A DNA stretch of 64,000 nucleotides, taken from NCBI RefSeq assembly GCF_964194025.1, contig NC_134474.1:21638001-21702000 (forward strand), written 5' to 3'. Origin of the DNA: Convolutriloba macropyga (Eukaryota). Both the position numbers and the translations under genes were made by a program. Position 1 is the stretch's first letter, and each line of letters starts with the position of its first letter. Below are positions 51,201 through 64,000 of this stretch, in pieces. The notes below the pieces were generated by a model. The model was not told the DNA's origin. It did not search any database and saw only the letters and a program-made list of their open reading frames with translations.

Positions 51201-54200
51201 GTTTTCTCGCAACCATTCATCGCAATTCTTATGATTGTAAATTCAAAGGCTGTCCAATATTGTAGAATCTTCTAATCAAGCATTCAAAATCTCCAAAATC
51301 TGAGAACCCTTTGACGAGGCATTCAATGGCTGTCCAATACTGGGTAAGCTTCTAATCAGGCATTCAAAGGCTGTACGATATCCAAGAATCTATCATTCAG
51401 GTATACGAAAAATTCTCCAAATCTGAGAATGTTTTGGTTAGGCATTCCACGGTTGTCCGATATCTGAGAATCGTTTAATTGGGAATGCAAAACTTGTCCA
51501 ATGATCAGAGAAAACCAGGCAATCGAATCTGTCGAAGATCTGAGAATCTTTTAATCAGGTATTCAAAGGCTGTCCATTATTAGAGAGTTTTTTTAGTGAG
51601 GCGTTCAGATGCAGTCCGATATCGAAAAAAATTCTAATTAGGCGTTCATGAGCTTTGCGATATTGAAAAACCCTTGATCAGGTATTGAAGGGCTGTCCAT
51701 TACCGGTAAACTATTTAATCAGATATTCAAAGGCTGTCAAATTTAGGAGAATCTGCTAACCAGGCACTCAAATGCTGTCCAGTATCGGAAAACTTTTTGA
51801 TCGGGCATCCAAAGACTGTCCAAGTTCGGACAACCTTCTAACTGATCATTCTAAGTCTGTCAACAATTGCAAAAAACTTTTTGACAAGCATTCAAAGGCT
51901 GTCCGATGTCGGAGCGTATTCTAACCAGGCATTCAAAAGGCTCTCCATAATTGCAGAATCTATTAATAAGTCATTGAAAGGCTGTCCAATATCGGAGAAC
52001 CTCCTAATCAGGAATTCAAAGGCTTCCCAATGTCAGAGAACCTTCTAATCGATCATTTTAAGGCTGTCCAATAATGGAAAATTTCCTAATCAGGCATTCA
52101 AATGCCACCCAATATCGGAGAAGCTTCAAATTGATCATTCTAAAGCTGTCCAAAATTGGAAAATCTTCTAATCAGATTTTCAAAGGCTCTTTAATATCGA
52201 TGAGCCTAATTCTCGATCTTTCTAAGGCTGTCAAATATCACAGAATGTTTTTTATAAGCATTCAAAGGCTCTCCGATATCGGAGAGTATTCTAGACAGGC
52301 ATTCAAAAGGCTCTCCATAATTGCAGAATCTATTAATAAGTCATTGAAAGGCTGTCCGATATCGGAGAACCTCCTAATCAGGCATTCAAATGCTTCCTAA
52401 TGTCAGAGAACCTTCTAATCGATCATTCTAAGTCTGTCCAGTATTGGAAAATTTCCTAATCAGGCATTCAAACGCCGCCCATTATCGGAGAAGCTTCAAG
52501 TTGATCATTATAAAGCTGTCCAAAATTGGACTTTTGTTTTCACCGCTTAACCAGTGAAAGAAAAATTCATCGATACCAGCAGGAAGCAGTGAAACTAAAA
52601 GTATCTTATAAATCTTACAAATCGCAAATCTTACAAAAATACACGGCAAAACAATTTACAGTGAAATTGATATTTTTTAACGCTTTTACCGCATACAGCA
52701 CTGAAAACCGTTTTCTCGCAACCATTCATCGCAATTCTTATGATTGTAAATTCAAAGGCTGTCCAATATTGGAGAATCTTCTAATAAGGCATTCAAAGTC
52801 TCTAAAATCTGAGAATCCTTTGACGAGGCATTCAATGGCTGTCCAATACTGAATAAGCTTCTAATCAGGCATTCAAAGGCTGTACGATACCCAAGTGTCT
52901 TTTATTCAGTTATACGAAAAATTCTCCAAATCTGAGAATGTTTTGGTTAGGCATTCCACGGTTGTCCGATATCTGAGAATCTTTTAATTGAGAATGCAAA
53001 ACCTGTCCAATGATCAGAGAAAATCAGCAATCGAATCTGTCGAAAATCTGAGAATCTTTTAATCAAGTATTCAAAGGCTGTCCAATATTAGAGAGTTTTT
53101 TAGTGAGGCGTTCAGAGGCAGTCCGATATCGAAAAAATTTCTAATCAGGCGTTCATGAGCTTTGCGATACTGAGAAACCCCTTGATCAGGTATTGAAAGA
53201 CTGTCCATTACCGGTAAACTATTTAATCAGGTAATCAAAGGCTGTCAAATATAGAAGAATCTGCTAACCAGGCACTCAAATCCTGTCGAGTATCGGAAAA
53301 CTTTTTGATCAGGCATTCAAAGGCTGTCGAATTTCGGAGAACCTTCTAACTGATCATTCTAAGTCCGTCAAAAATTGCAAAAAAACTTTTTGACAAGCAT
53401 TCAAAGGCTGTCCGATGTCGGAGAGTATTCTAAACAGGCATTCAAAAGGCTCTCCATAACTGCAAAATCTATTAATCAGTCATGGAAATATTGTCCTTCT
53501 AGAACCTTCTAATCGATCATTCTAAGGCTGTCCAATATTGGAAAATTTCCTAATCAGGCATTCAAATGCCGCCCAATATCGGAGAAGCTTCAAATTGATC
53601 ATTCTAAAGCTGTTCAAAATTGGAAAATCTTCTAATCAGATTTTCAAAGGATATCGATCTTCTTTAATATCGATGAGCCTAATTCTCGATCTTTCTATGG
53701 CTGTCCAATATCACAGAATGTTTTTTATAAGCATTCAAAGGCTCTCCGATATCGGAGAGTATTCTAGACAGGCATTCGCAAGGCTGTCCACAACTGCAAA
53801 ATATTTTAATCAGTCAGTGAATGGCTGACCGATATCGAAGTACCATCTAATCAATCACTCTAAGGCTGTACAATATCGGAGAATCTCCTAATCAGGCATT
53901 CAAATGCTACAAATTGTCAAAGAACTAATCGATCTTTCTAAGGCTGTCCAATATCACAGAATCCTTTCTACAAGCATTCAAAGGCTGACCGATACCGGAG
54001 AGTATTCTAGGCAAGCATTCGAAAGGTTGTCCATAACCCGCAAAATCTTTCAATCAGTCATTGAAAGGCTGACCGATTCTGAAGTACCTTCTAATCAATC
54101 ATTCTAAGGCTGTCCAATATAGTAGAATCTCCTAATCAGGCATTCAAATGCTGCTCAATATTGGAGAACCTTCAAATCAATCTTTATAAAGCTGTCCGAA

Positions 54201-57200
54201 ATAGGAATACATCTCCCAAACAGATTTTTAAAGGCTGTATCGAAGAGCCTACTAATCGATCATTTTAAGGCTGTCCAATATCACATAATTATTTCTACAA
54301 TCATTCAAAGGCTGTCCGATATTGGAGACTAATCTAGGCAGGCTCTCAAAAGGTTTTCGACAACTGCAAAATCCTTTAAATAGTCATTGAATGGCTGACC
54401 ATTATCGAAGTACCTTCTTATCAACCACTCTAAGGCTGCACAATATCGGAGAATCTCCTAATCAGGCATTCAAATGCTACAAAATGTCAAAGAACCTTCT
54501 AATCGATCATTCTAAGACAGTCCAATATGTGCAAACCTCCTAATCAGGCATTCAAATGCTGTCATACATCGGAGAACCTTCTAATAAATCACTCTAAGTC
54601 TGTCCAATATCGAAGAATCTCTTAATCAGGCATTCAAATGCTGCCCAATATCATAGAACCTTCTAATCGATCATTCTAAGGCTGTCCAATATCGGAGATT
54701 TTCCTAACCAGGCATTCGAAATGTTGTCCATTACTGAATTTTTTTTAAATCTGTCATTAAAAAGCTGACCAATATCGGAGAACCTTCTAATTGATCTTTC
54801 TAAGGCTTTCCAATATCATCGGAGAATCTCCTAATCAGGCATTCAAATGCTGGCCAATATTATAGAACCTTCTAATTGATCATTCGAAGGCTGTCCAATA
54901 TCGGAGAATGTTCGTAAGGGCATTCAAAGGCTGTCCAAGTTCAGAGAACCTTCTAACTGATCATTCTAAGTCTGTCAAAAATTGCAAAAAATTTTTGACA
55001 AGCATTCAAAGGCTGTCCGATGTTGGAGAGTATTCTAACCAGGCTTTCAAAACGCTCTCCATAACTGCAGAATCTATTAATCAGTTACTGAAAGGCTGAC
55101 CAATATCGAAGAACCTCCTAATCAGGCATTCAAATGCTTCTCAATATCAGAGAACCTTCTAATCGATCATTCTAAGGCTGTCCAATATTGGAAATTTTCC
55201 TAATCAGGCATTCAAATGACGCCCAAAATCGGAGAAGCTTCTAATCGATTATTCTAATGCTGTTCAGTATGTGCAATTCTCCTAATCAGGCATTCAAATG
55301 CTGTCCAATATTGGAGAGTATTCTAACCAAGCATTCAAAAGGCTGTCCATAAAAGCAGAATCTTTTAATAAATCATTGAAAAGCTGACAAGTATCGCAGA
55401 ACCTTCTAATTGAACACTCGAAGGCTGTCCAAATCCGGAGAATCTCCTAATCAGGCACTCAAATGCTGTCCAATATAGGAGATCCTTTTCATCAGTCATT
55501 CAAATGCTGTCCAAGGTTGGATTGCCTACTAATCGATCTTTCTAAGGCTGTCCAATATCGCAGAATCTTTTCTACAAGCTCTCAAAGGCTGTCCGTTACC
55601 GGAGAGTATTCTTGGCAAGCATTCGAATGGTTGTCCATAAGTGCAAAATCTTTCAATCAGTCATTGAAAGGCTGTCCGATACCGAAGTGCCTTCTGATCA
55701 ATCACGCTATGGCTGTCCAATATAGTAGAATCTCCTAATCAGGCATTCAAAATTTGCTGCCCAAAATTGGAGAACCTTCTAATCAATCTTTGTAAAGCTG
55801 TCCAAAATAGGAGTAAATCTCCTAGGAGTAATCAGATTTCCAAAGGCTGTATCGAAGAGCCCACTAATCGATCATTTTAAGGCTGTCCAATATCACATAA
55901 TTATTTCTACAAGCATTCAAAGGCTGTCCGATATTGGAGGCTGTCCGAGTAATCTAGGCAGGCTATCAAAAGGTTGTCCGCAACTGAAAAATCTTTTAAA
56001 TAGTCATTGAATGGCTGACCGTTATGGAAGTACCTTCTTATGAACCACTCTAAGGCTGTACAATATCGGAGAATCTCCTAATCAGGCATTCAAATGCTAC
56101 AAAATATCATAGAACTTTCTAATCGATCATTCTAAGGCTGTCCAATATGTGCAAACCTCCTAATCTGGCATTCAAATGCTGTCATACATCGGAGAACCTT
56201 CTAATAAATCACTCTAAGGCTGTCCAATATCGGAGAATCTCCTAATCAGGCATTCAAATGCTGCCCAATATCATAGAACCTTCTAATCGACCATTCTAAG
56301 GCTGTCCAATATGTGCGAATCTTGTAATCAGGAATTCAAATGCTGCCCAATGTCGGAAAACTTTTCATCAACCATTCAAAAGCTTTCCAATATTGGATAA
56401 TCTTCTAATCGATCAGTCTAAGGCTATTCATAATCGGAGAATCTCCTAAGCAGGCATTCAAATGCTTTCAAGTATCGCAGGACTTTTTCATCAGGTATCA
56501 CAAGACTGTCCGTTTTCGGAGAACCCTCTAATCGAGCATTCCAAGGCTGTTAAATATCGGAGAATTTCCTGATCAGACTTTCAAATGCTTTCCAGTATTT
56601 GAGAACATTTTCATCAGGCATTCAAATGCTGTCCAATATCGTAGAATCTTTTCTTCAAGCATTCAAAGGCTGTCCGATATCAGAGAGTACTCTAATCAGG
56701 CCTTCCGAAGACTGTCCATAACTGCAAAATCTTTTAATCAGGCGTTCAAAGTCTGTCCAATAGCGGAGAATCTTCTAATCGATCACTCTAAGGCTGTCCA
56801 TTATCGCTATCGGAGATTATTCTAGTCAGGCATTCAAAAAGTTGTCCATAGCTGCAAAATATCGGAGAAACTCGTAATCAGGCATTCAAATGCTGTCCAA
56901 TATCGGAGAATCTTTCATCAGCCATTCAAAAGCTTTCCAATATCGGATAATTTTTTAATCGATCAGTCTAAGGCTATTCATAATCAGAGAATCTCCTAAG
57001 CAGGCATTCAAATGCTTTCAAGTATCGGATGACTTTTTCATCAGGCATTCAAGCGCTGTCCAATATCGGAGAACATTCTAATCAATCACTCTAGAGCTGT
57101 CCAATATCTTCCAGTCTCCTAATCAGGCTATAAAATGCTGTTCAATATCGGAGAACCTTTCGTCAGCCATTCAAAAGCTTTCCAATATCGGATAAACTTC

Positions 57201-60200
57201 TAATCGATCAGTGTAAGGCTTTTCATTATCAGAAAATCTCCTAAGCAGGCTTTCAAATGCTTTCAAGTATCGGATGAATTTTTCAACAGGCATTCAAGGG
57301 CTGTCCAATATCGGAGAACCTTCTAATCAATCACTCTAAGGCTGTCCAATTTCTCCCAGTCTGCTAATCAGGCTATAAAATGCTGTTCAATATCAGTCAA
57401 TAAAAGCCGACCAAAATCGGAGAACCTTCTAATCGATCATTCTAATGCTTTACAACCACGGAGAATCTCCTAATCAGGAATTCAAGTAATTTCAAATATG
57501 GGAGAACATTTTCATCAGGCATTCAAAGGCTGTCCAATAGGGGAGAACCTTCAAATCGATCATTTTAAGGCTGTTCAATATCGCAAATTTTTTTCTACAA
57601 GCATTCAAAGAATGTAGTTATCGGAGAGTATTATGACCATGCAATCAAAAGCAGTCAAGAACTTCATAATCTTTTAATCAATCACTAAAAGGCTGACCAA
57701 TATCGGCGAACGTTCTAATGAGGCATTCAAAATCTGTCCAATATCGGAAAAACTTCTAATCGATTATTCTAAGGCAGTCCAACATCGCAGAATTATTTCT
57801 TCAAGCATTCAACAGCTGTCCAATGTCAAAGAGTTTTCTAATCAGGCCTTCAGAAGGTTGTCAATAACTGCTGAATCTTCTACGACTGTACGACATCGGT
57901 GAGTATTTCAACAGGGCAATCCAAAAGCTTTCCATAACTGCAGAAGATTTTACTCACTTATCAGTCACTCAAGCTGACCAATGTCTGAGAACCTTCTAAT
58001 GAGGCATTCAATGTCTGTCAAATATCGGAAAATCTTCATATCGATCATTCTAAGGCAGTCCAACAACGCAAAATCTTTTCTTCAAGCATTCAAAGACTGT
58101 CCAATTCCAGAGAGTATTCTAACCAGGCCTTCATAAGTCTGTCAATAACTGCAAAATCTTTTAATCAGGCATTCAAAGGCTCTCCAATATCGGAGAACTT
58201 TTTAGTTGATCATTCTAAGGCTGTTTAATATCGCAGTTACTCCTAATCAGGCATTCAAATGCTGTCTAATATTGGAGAAACTTCTAAACAATCATTCTAA
58301 GGCTGGCCAATATCGGAGATTTTTAACCAGGCATTCGAAAGGTTGTCCATTACTGCAGAATTTTTAAATCTGTCATTAAAAGGCTGACCGATACCGAAGT
58401 ACCTTCTAATCAATCACTCTATGGCTGTCCAATATAGTAGAATCTCCTAATTAGGCATTCAAGTGTTGCCCAATATCAAAGAACCTTCTAATCAATCTTT
58501 ATAAAGCTGTCCAAAATAGGAGTAAATCTCCCAATCAGATTTTCAAAAGCTGTATTGAAGAGCCTACTAATCGATCATTCTAAGGATGTTCAATATCGGA
58601 GAATCTCCTAATTAGGCATTCCAATGCTATCCAATACCGGAGAACCTTTTCAAAGGTTTTCCAATAGCGGAGAGCCTTCTAATAGATCCTTCTAAGGATG
58701 TCCAATAACGTAGAATTTTTTCATCAAGCATTCAAGGGCTGTCCGATATCGGAGATTATTCTAACCAGGCATTCGAAAGGCTGTCCATAGCTGCAGAATC
58801 GTTTAATCAGTCAGTAAAAGGCTGATCAAGTTCGGAGAACCTTCCAATGAGGCAATGAAAGTCTGTCAGTAACGGAGAACCTTCTATTTCATCATTCGAA
58901 GACTGTCCAGTATCGCAGAATCTTTCAATTAAGCATTCACATAATGCCCAATATCCTAGAATCTTCTTATCGATCATTCTTGGGCTGTCCAAAATCGGAG
59001 ATTTCCTAATCAGGCATTCAAATGCTGTCCAATATTGGAGAACCTTTAAAACAGGCATTCAAAAGCTGTCCAATATTGGAGAACCTTGTAATCGATCATT
59101 TTAAGGCTGGCCAATATCGGAGATTTTTCTAACCAGGCATTCGAAATGTTGTCCATAACTGCAGAATTTTTAAATCTGTCATTGAAAGGCTGACCAATTT
59201 TGGAGAACCTTCTTATCGATCAATTTAAAACTTTCCATTATCATCGGAGAATCTGCTAATCAGGCATTCAAAATCTGGCCAATATTATAGAACCTTCTAA
59301 TCGATCATTCGAACGATATCGGAGAACCTTCATATTATGGAGAACCTTCAATATTATAGAACCTTCTAATCGATCATTCGTCCAATATCGGGGAGTCTCC
59401 CAATTAGGCATTCAGATGCTGTCCAATATCGGAGAACCTTTGAAACAGGCTTTCAAAAGCTTTCCAATATTGCAGAACCTTCTAATCGATCTTTCTAAGG
59501 CTTTCCAATATTATCGGAGGATCTACTAATCAGGCATGCAAATGCTGGCCAATATCCTAGAATCTTCTTATCGATCATTCTTAGGCTGTCCAATATCGGA
59601 GAATTTCCTAATCAGGCATTCAGATGCTGTCCAATATCGGAGAGTCTTTAAAACAGGCATTCAAAAGCTGTCCAATATTGGAGAACCTTCTAATCGATCA
59701 TTCTATCGCTGGCCAATATCGGAGACTTTTCTAACCAGGCATTCGAAAGGTTGTCCATAACTGCAGAATTTCAAAATCTGTCATTAAAAGGCTGTCCAAT
59801 ATCGGAGAACCTTCTAATCTATCATTCTAATGCTGTCCAATATCGGATAAGCTGCTAATCGAGCATTCAAACGCTATCCAATACCGGAAAACCTTTTTAT
59901 CGGGCATTCAAAGGTTGTCCAATAGTGGAGAACGTTCTAATCAATCATTCTATGGCTGTTCAATATCGCAAATTCTTTTCAACAAGCATTCAAAGAATGT
60001 AGATATCGGAGAGTATTATGACCATGCAATCAAAAAGCTGTCAATAACTTCATAATCTTTTAATCAGTCACTAAAAGGCTGACGAATACCGGCGAACATT
60101 CTAATGAGGCATTCAAAGTCTGTTAAGTAACGGAGAATCTTCTAATTTATCATTCTAAGACCGTCCAGTATCGCAGAATCTTTTCTGCAAGCATCCAAAG

Positions 60201-63200
60201 GCTGTCCAATATTGAAGAACTTTTTCATCAGGCATTCAAAGGCTCTCCATATCGGAGACTCTCCCAATTAGACATTCAAATAATGCCCAATATCTTAGAA
60301 TCTTCTTCGATCATTCTTAGGATGTTGAATGTCGGAGAATTTTCCAATCAGGCATTAGGATGCTGTCCAATATCGGAGAACCTTTACAATAGGCATTCAA
60401 AAGATGTCCAATATTGGAGAACCTTCTAATCGATCATTCTACGGCTGGCCAATATCGGAGATTTTTCTTACCAGGCATTCGAACGGCTGTCCATAACGGC
60501 CAACTTTTTTAATCCGTCATTAAAAGGCTGACCAATATCGGAGAACCTTCTAATCGATCTTTTTAAGGTTTTACATTATCATCGGAGAATCTCCTAATCA
60601 AGCAATCAAATGCTGGCCAATATTATAGAAACTTCTATTTGATCATTCTAAAGCTGTCCAATATGTGCGAATGACCTAATCAAGCATTCAAATGCTGTTC
60701 AATATCGGAGAACCTTCTAATCTATCATTCTAAGGCATTCCAACATCGGAGAAGCTCCTAATCAAGCGTTCAAATGCTATCCAATATCGGAGAGTATTCT
60801 AACCAAGCATTCAAAAGGCTGTCCAATATCGGAGAACTTTCTAATCGATCCTTATAAAGCTTTCCAAAATAGGAGTAAATCTCCTAATCAGATTTCCAAA
60901 GGCTGTATCAAAGAGCCTACTAATCGATCATTCTAAGGCTGTCCAATATCGCAGAATCTACTAATCAGGCACTCAAATGCCGTCCAGTGTCCGAGAACCT
61001 TCTAATTGATCATTCTAAGGCTTTCCAATAGCGGAGAATCAGGCATTCAAATGCTGTACAATATCGGAGATCCTTTTCATCAGGCATTCAAAGGCTGTCC
61101 AAAATCGCAGAACCCTCTAATCGATCAGTCTAAGGCTGTCCTATACCCCAGAAAATGTTCAACAAGCATATAAAGGCTGGCCAATATCGGAGAGTGTTCT
61201 AACCAAGCATTTAAAGGGCTGCTTATAGCTGCAGAATCTTTTAGCCAGTCAATGAAAGCTGACCATTATCCGAGAATCTCCCAATCGATCACTCTAAGGC
61301 TGTCCAATATCTGAGAATCTCCTAATCAGGCATTCAAATGCTCTCCAATATCGTAAAACATTTTCATCAGACATTCAAAGGCTGACCAACATCGGAGAAC
61401 CCTCTAATCGATCATTCTAAGGCTCTCCAATATCGCAGAATTTTTTCAACAATCATTCAAAGGCTCTCCGATATAAGGGAGTATTCTAACAACGCTTTCG
61501 AAAGGCTGTTCATAATTGTAGGAGTCTTTTAATCAGTCATTAAAAGGCTGTCCAAAATCGGAGATCCTTTTAATCAGGCATTCAAAAGCTGTCCAGAATT
61601 AGAAAATCTTCTAATTGATCAATCTAAGGCAGTCCAAAATCGCAGAATCTTCTCAACAAGCATTCAAACGCTGTCCAGAACTGCAAAATTTCTAAATCTG
61701 TCACTAAAAAACTTGACCAATGTCGGAGAACCTTCTAATCGAACTTTCTGAGGCTTTCCAATATCATCGGAGAATCTCTTAATCAGGCATTCAAATGATG
61801 TCCAATATCGGAGAATTTTTTCATCAGGCATTAAAAGGCTGTCCAAAATCGGAAAATCTTTTAACCGATCCTTCTAAGGCTTTCCAATATCGCAGAATTT
61901 TTTCAACACGCATTCAAAGGCTGTCCGATATCGGAGAGTTTTCTAACCAGGCATCCGAATAGCTTTCCATAACTGCACAATCTTTTAAGCAGTTATTAAA
62001 ATGCCAACCAAAATCGGAGAACCTTCTGTTCGATCAGTTTAAGGCCGCCCAATATCCGACAATCTCTTAATCAGGCTTTCAGATCCTGTCCAACATTGGA
62101 GAAGATTCGAATCGATCATTGTTAGGCTGTCCAATATCGCAGAATCTTTTCAGCAAGCATTCAAATTTGTACGATATTAAAAGGTACAAAAGGAAATAAA
62201 GGTTGTTTATAGCTGCAGAATCTTCTCACCAGGCATTGAAAGTCTGACCAATATCAGGTAACCTTTCAATGAATCACTCTAAGGCGGTCTAATATCGTAG
62301 AATCTCTTAATCAGGCATTCAAATGCTGTCCAATATCGGAGAACATTTTCATCACGCATTCAAAGGCTCTGCAATATCGGAGAATCTCCCAATTAGGCAT
62401 TCAAATAATGCCCAATATCTTAGAATCTTCTTATCGATCATTTTTAAGCTGTCGAATATCGGAGAATTTCCTAATCAGGCATTCAGATGCTGTCCAATAT
62501 CGGTGAACCTTTAAAACAGGCATTCAAAAGCTGTCCAATACTGGAGAACTTTCTAATCGATCATTCTAAGGCTGGCCAATAGCGGAGATTTTTCTAACCA
62601 GGCATTCGAAAGGCTGTCCATAACGGCAGAATTCCTGAATCTGTCATTAAAAGGCTGACCAATATCGGAGAACCTTCTAATCGATCTTTCTAAAGCTTTA
62701 CATTATCATCGGAGAATCTGCTAATCAGGCATTTGAATGCTGGCCAATATTATAGAACCTTCTAATTGATCATTCTAAACCTGTCCAATATATGCGAATG
62801 TCCTAGTCAGGCATTCAAATGCTGTCCAATATCGGAGAACCTTCTAATCGATCACTCTAAGGCTGTCCAATATCTGAGAATCTCCTAATCAGGCATTCAA
62901 ATGCTCTCCAATATCGGAGAACCCTCTAATTGATCATTCTAAGGCTCTCCAATATCGCAGAATTTTTTCAACAATCATTCAAAGGCTCTCCGATATAAGG
63001 GAGTATTCTAACAACGCTTTCGAAAGGCTGTTCATAATTGTAGAGTCTCTTAATCAGTCATTAAAAGGCTGTCCAAAATCGGAGATCCTTTTAATCAGGT
63101 ATTCAAAGGCTGTCCAAAATTGGAAAATCTTCTAATTGATCAATCTAAGGCAGTCCAAAATTGCAGAATCTTCTCAACAAGCATTCAAAGGCTGTCCAGA

Positions 63201-64000
63201 ACTGCAGAATTTCTAAATCTGTCACTAAAAAACTTGACCAATGTCGGAGAACCTTCTAATCGAACTTTCTAAGGCTTTCCAATTTCATCGGAAAATCTCT
63301 TAACCAGGCATTCAAAAAATGTCCAATATCGGAGAATTTTTTCATCAGTCATTAAAAGGCTGTCCAAAATCAGAAAATTTTCTAATCGATCATTCTAAGG
63401 CTTTCCAATATCGCAGAATCTTTTCAACACGCATTCAAAGGCTGTCCGATATCGGAGAGTTTTCTAACCAGGCATCCGAATGGCTTTCCATAACTGCACA
63501 ATCTTTTAAGCAGTTATTAAAATGCCAACCAAAGTCGGAGAACCTTCTGTTCGATCAGTTTAAGGCTGCCCAATATTCGACAATCTCTTAATCAGGCTTT
63601 CAGATAATGTCCAACATTGGAGAAGATTCGAATCGATCATTGTTAGGCTGTCCAATATCGCAGAATTTTTTCAACAAGCATTCAAATTTGTACGATATTA
63701 AAAGGTACAAAAGGATATAAAGGTTGTTTATAGCTGCAGAATCTTCTAACCAGGCATTGAAAGTCTGACCAATATCAGGTAACCTTCCAATGAATCACTC
63801 TGAGGCGGTCTAATATAGTAGAATCTCTTAATCAGGCATTCAAATGCTGTCCAATATCGGAGAACATTTTCATCACGCATTCAAAGGCTCTGCAATATCG
63901 GAGAATCTCCCAATTAGGCATTCAAATAAAGCCCAATATCTTAGTATCTTCTTATCGATCATTCTTAAGCTGTCGAATATCGGAGAATTTCCTATTCAGG
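36220..64000. repeat. satellite DNA array, 41-bp monomer, >27 kb, runs off the window end
   Basis: Consensus about AGGCTGTCCAATATCGGAGAATCTCCTAATCAGGCATTCAA, with a second subtype ending ...CCTTCTAATCGATCATTCTA; head-to-tail in one orientation throughout; some 39-44 bp variants. Confidence 0.97.
45260..50690. repeat. second higher-order layer without MITE spacer (~0.75-1.16 kb units)
   Basis: Near-identical blocks shown by repeated pseudo-ORFs at 45923/46960/47705/48864 (offsets 1037, 745, 1159) and 46312/47349/49250. Confidence 0.85.

Noticed and set aside
36138-63591. Many repeated 60-115 aa ORFs (KGCPILENLLIRHSK..., QRLSNIGE...)
   Set aside because: Chance translations of a 41-bp (non-triplet) satellite rich in TAA; no sustained frame
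36001-64000. CRISPR-like repeat/spacer array
   Set aside because: Monomers are contiguous with no unique spacers, the 210-bp spacer is the same in each unit, there are no cas genes, and the context is eukaryotic

Overview
AT-rich eukaryotic (probably invertebrate animal) genomic DNA with two N-gaps, almost entirely repetitive. I found no intact long protein-coding gene and cannot claim a new functional system; the notable content is repeat architecture. (1) 1-10 kb: decayed sequence with a weak protein-primed DNA polymerase B-like remnant and a candidate orphan exon. (2) About 10-18 kb: an ancient ~500-600 bp tandem array that looks protein-coding in origin, interrupted by a 5'-truncated CR1-group LINE and a MITE. 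(3) About 18.5-28 kb: a near full-length decayed CR1-group LINE (ORF1, APE, RT; minus strand) with a nested Ty1/copia element (21457-26965; two LTRs, imperfect 5-bp TSD, PPT, half-tRNAiMet PBS that can fold back on U5). (4) Three non-autonomous CCC...GGG elements with 2-bp TSDs and ~30-bp subterminal repeats (CMC/EnSpm-like). (5) A candidate spliced two-exon gene or pseudogene at ~35.0-35.5 kb. (6) From ~36.2 kb to the window end, >27 kb of a 41-bp satellite with a palindromic core; its youngest ~1.14-kb higher-order repeat has captured part of the neighbouring TA-flanked MITE. All alignments and counts were done by eye and are approximate.
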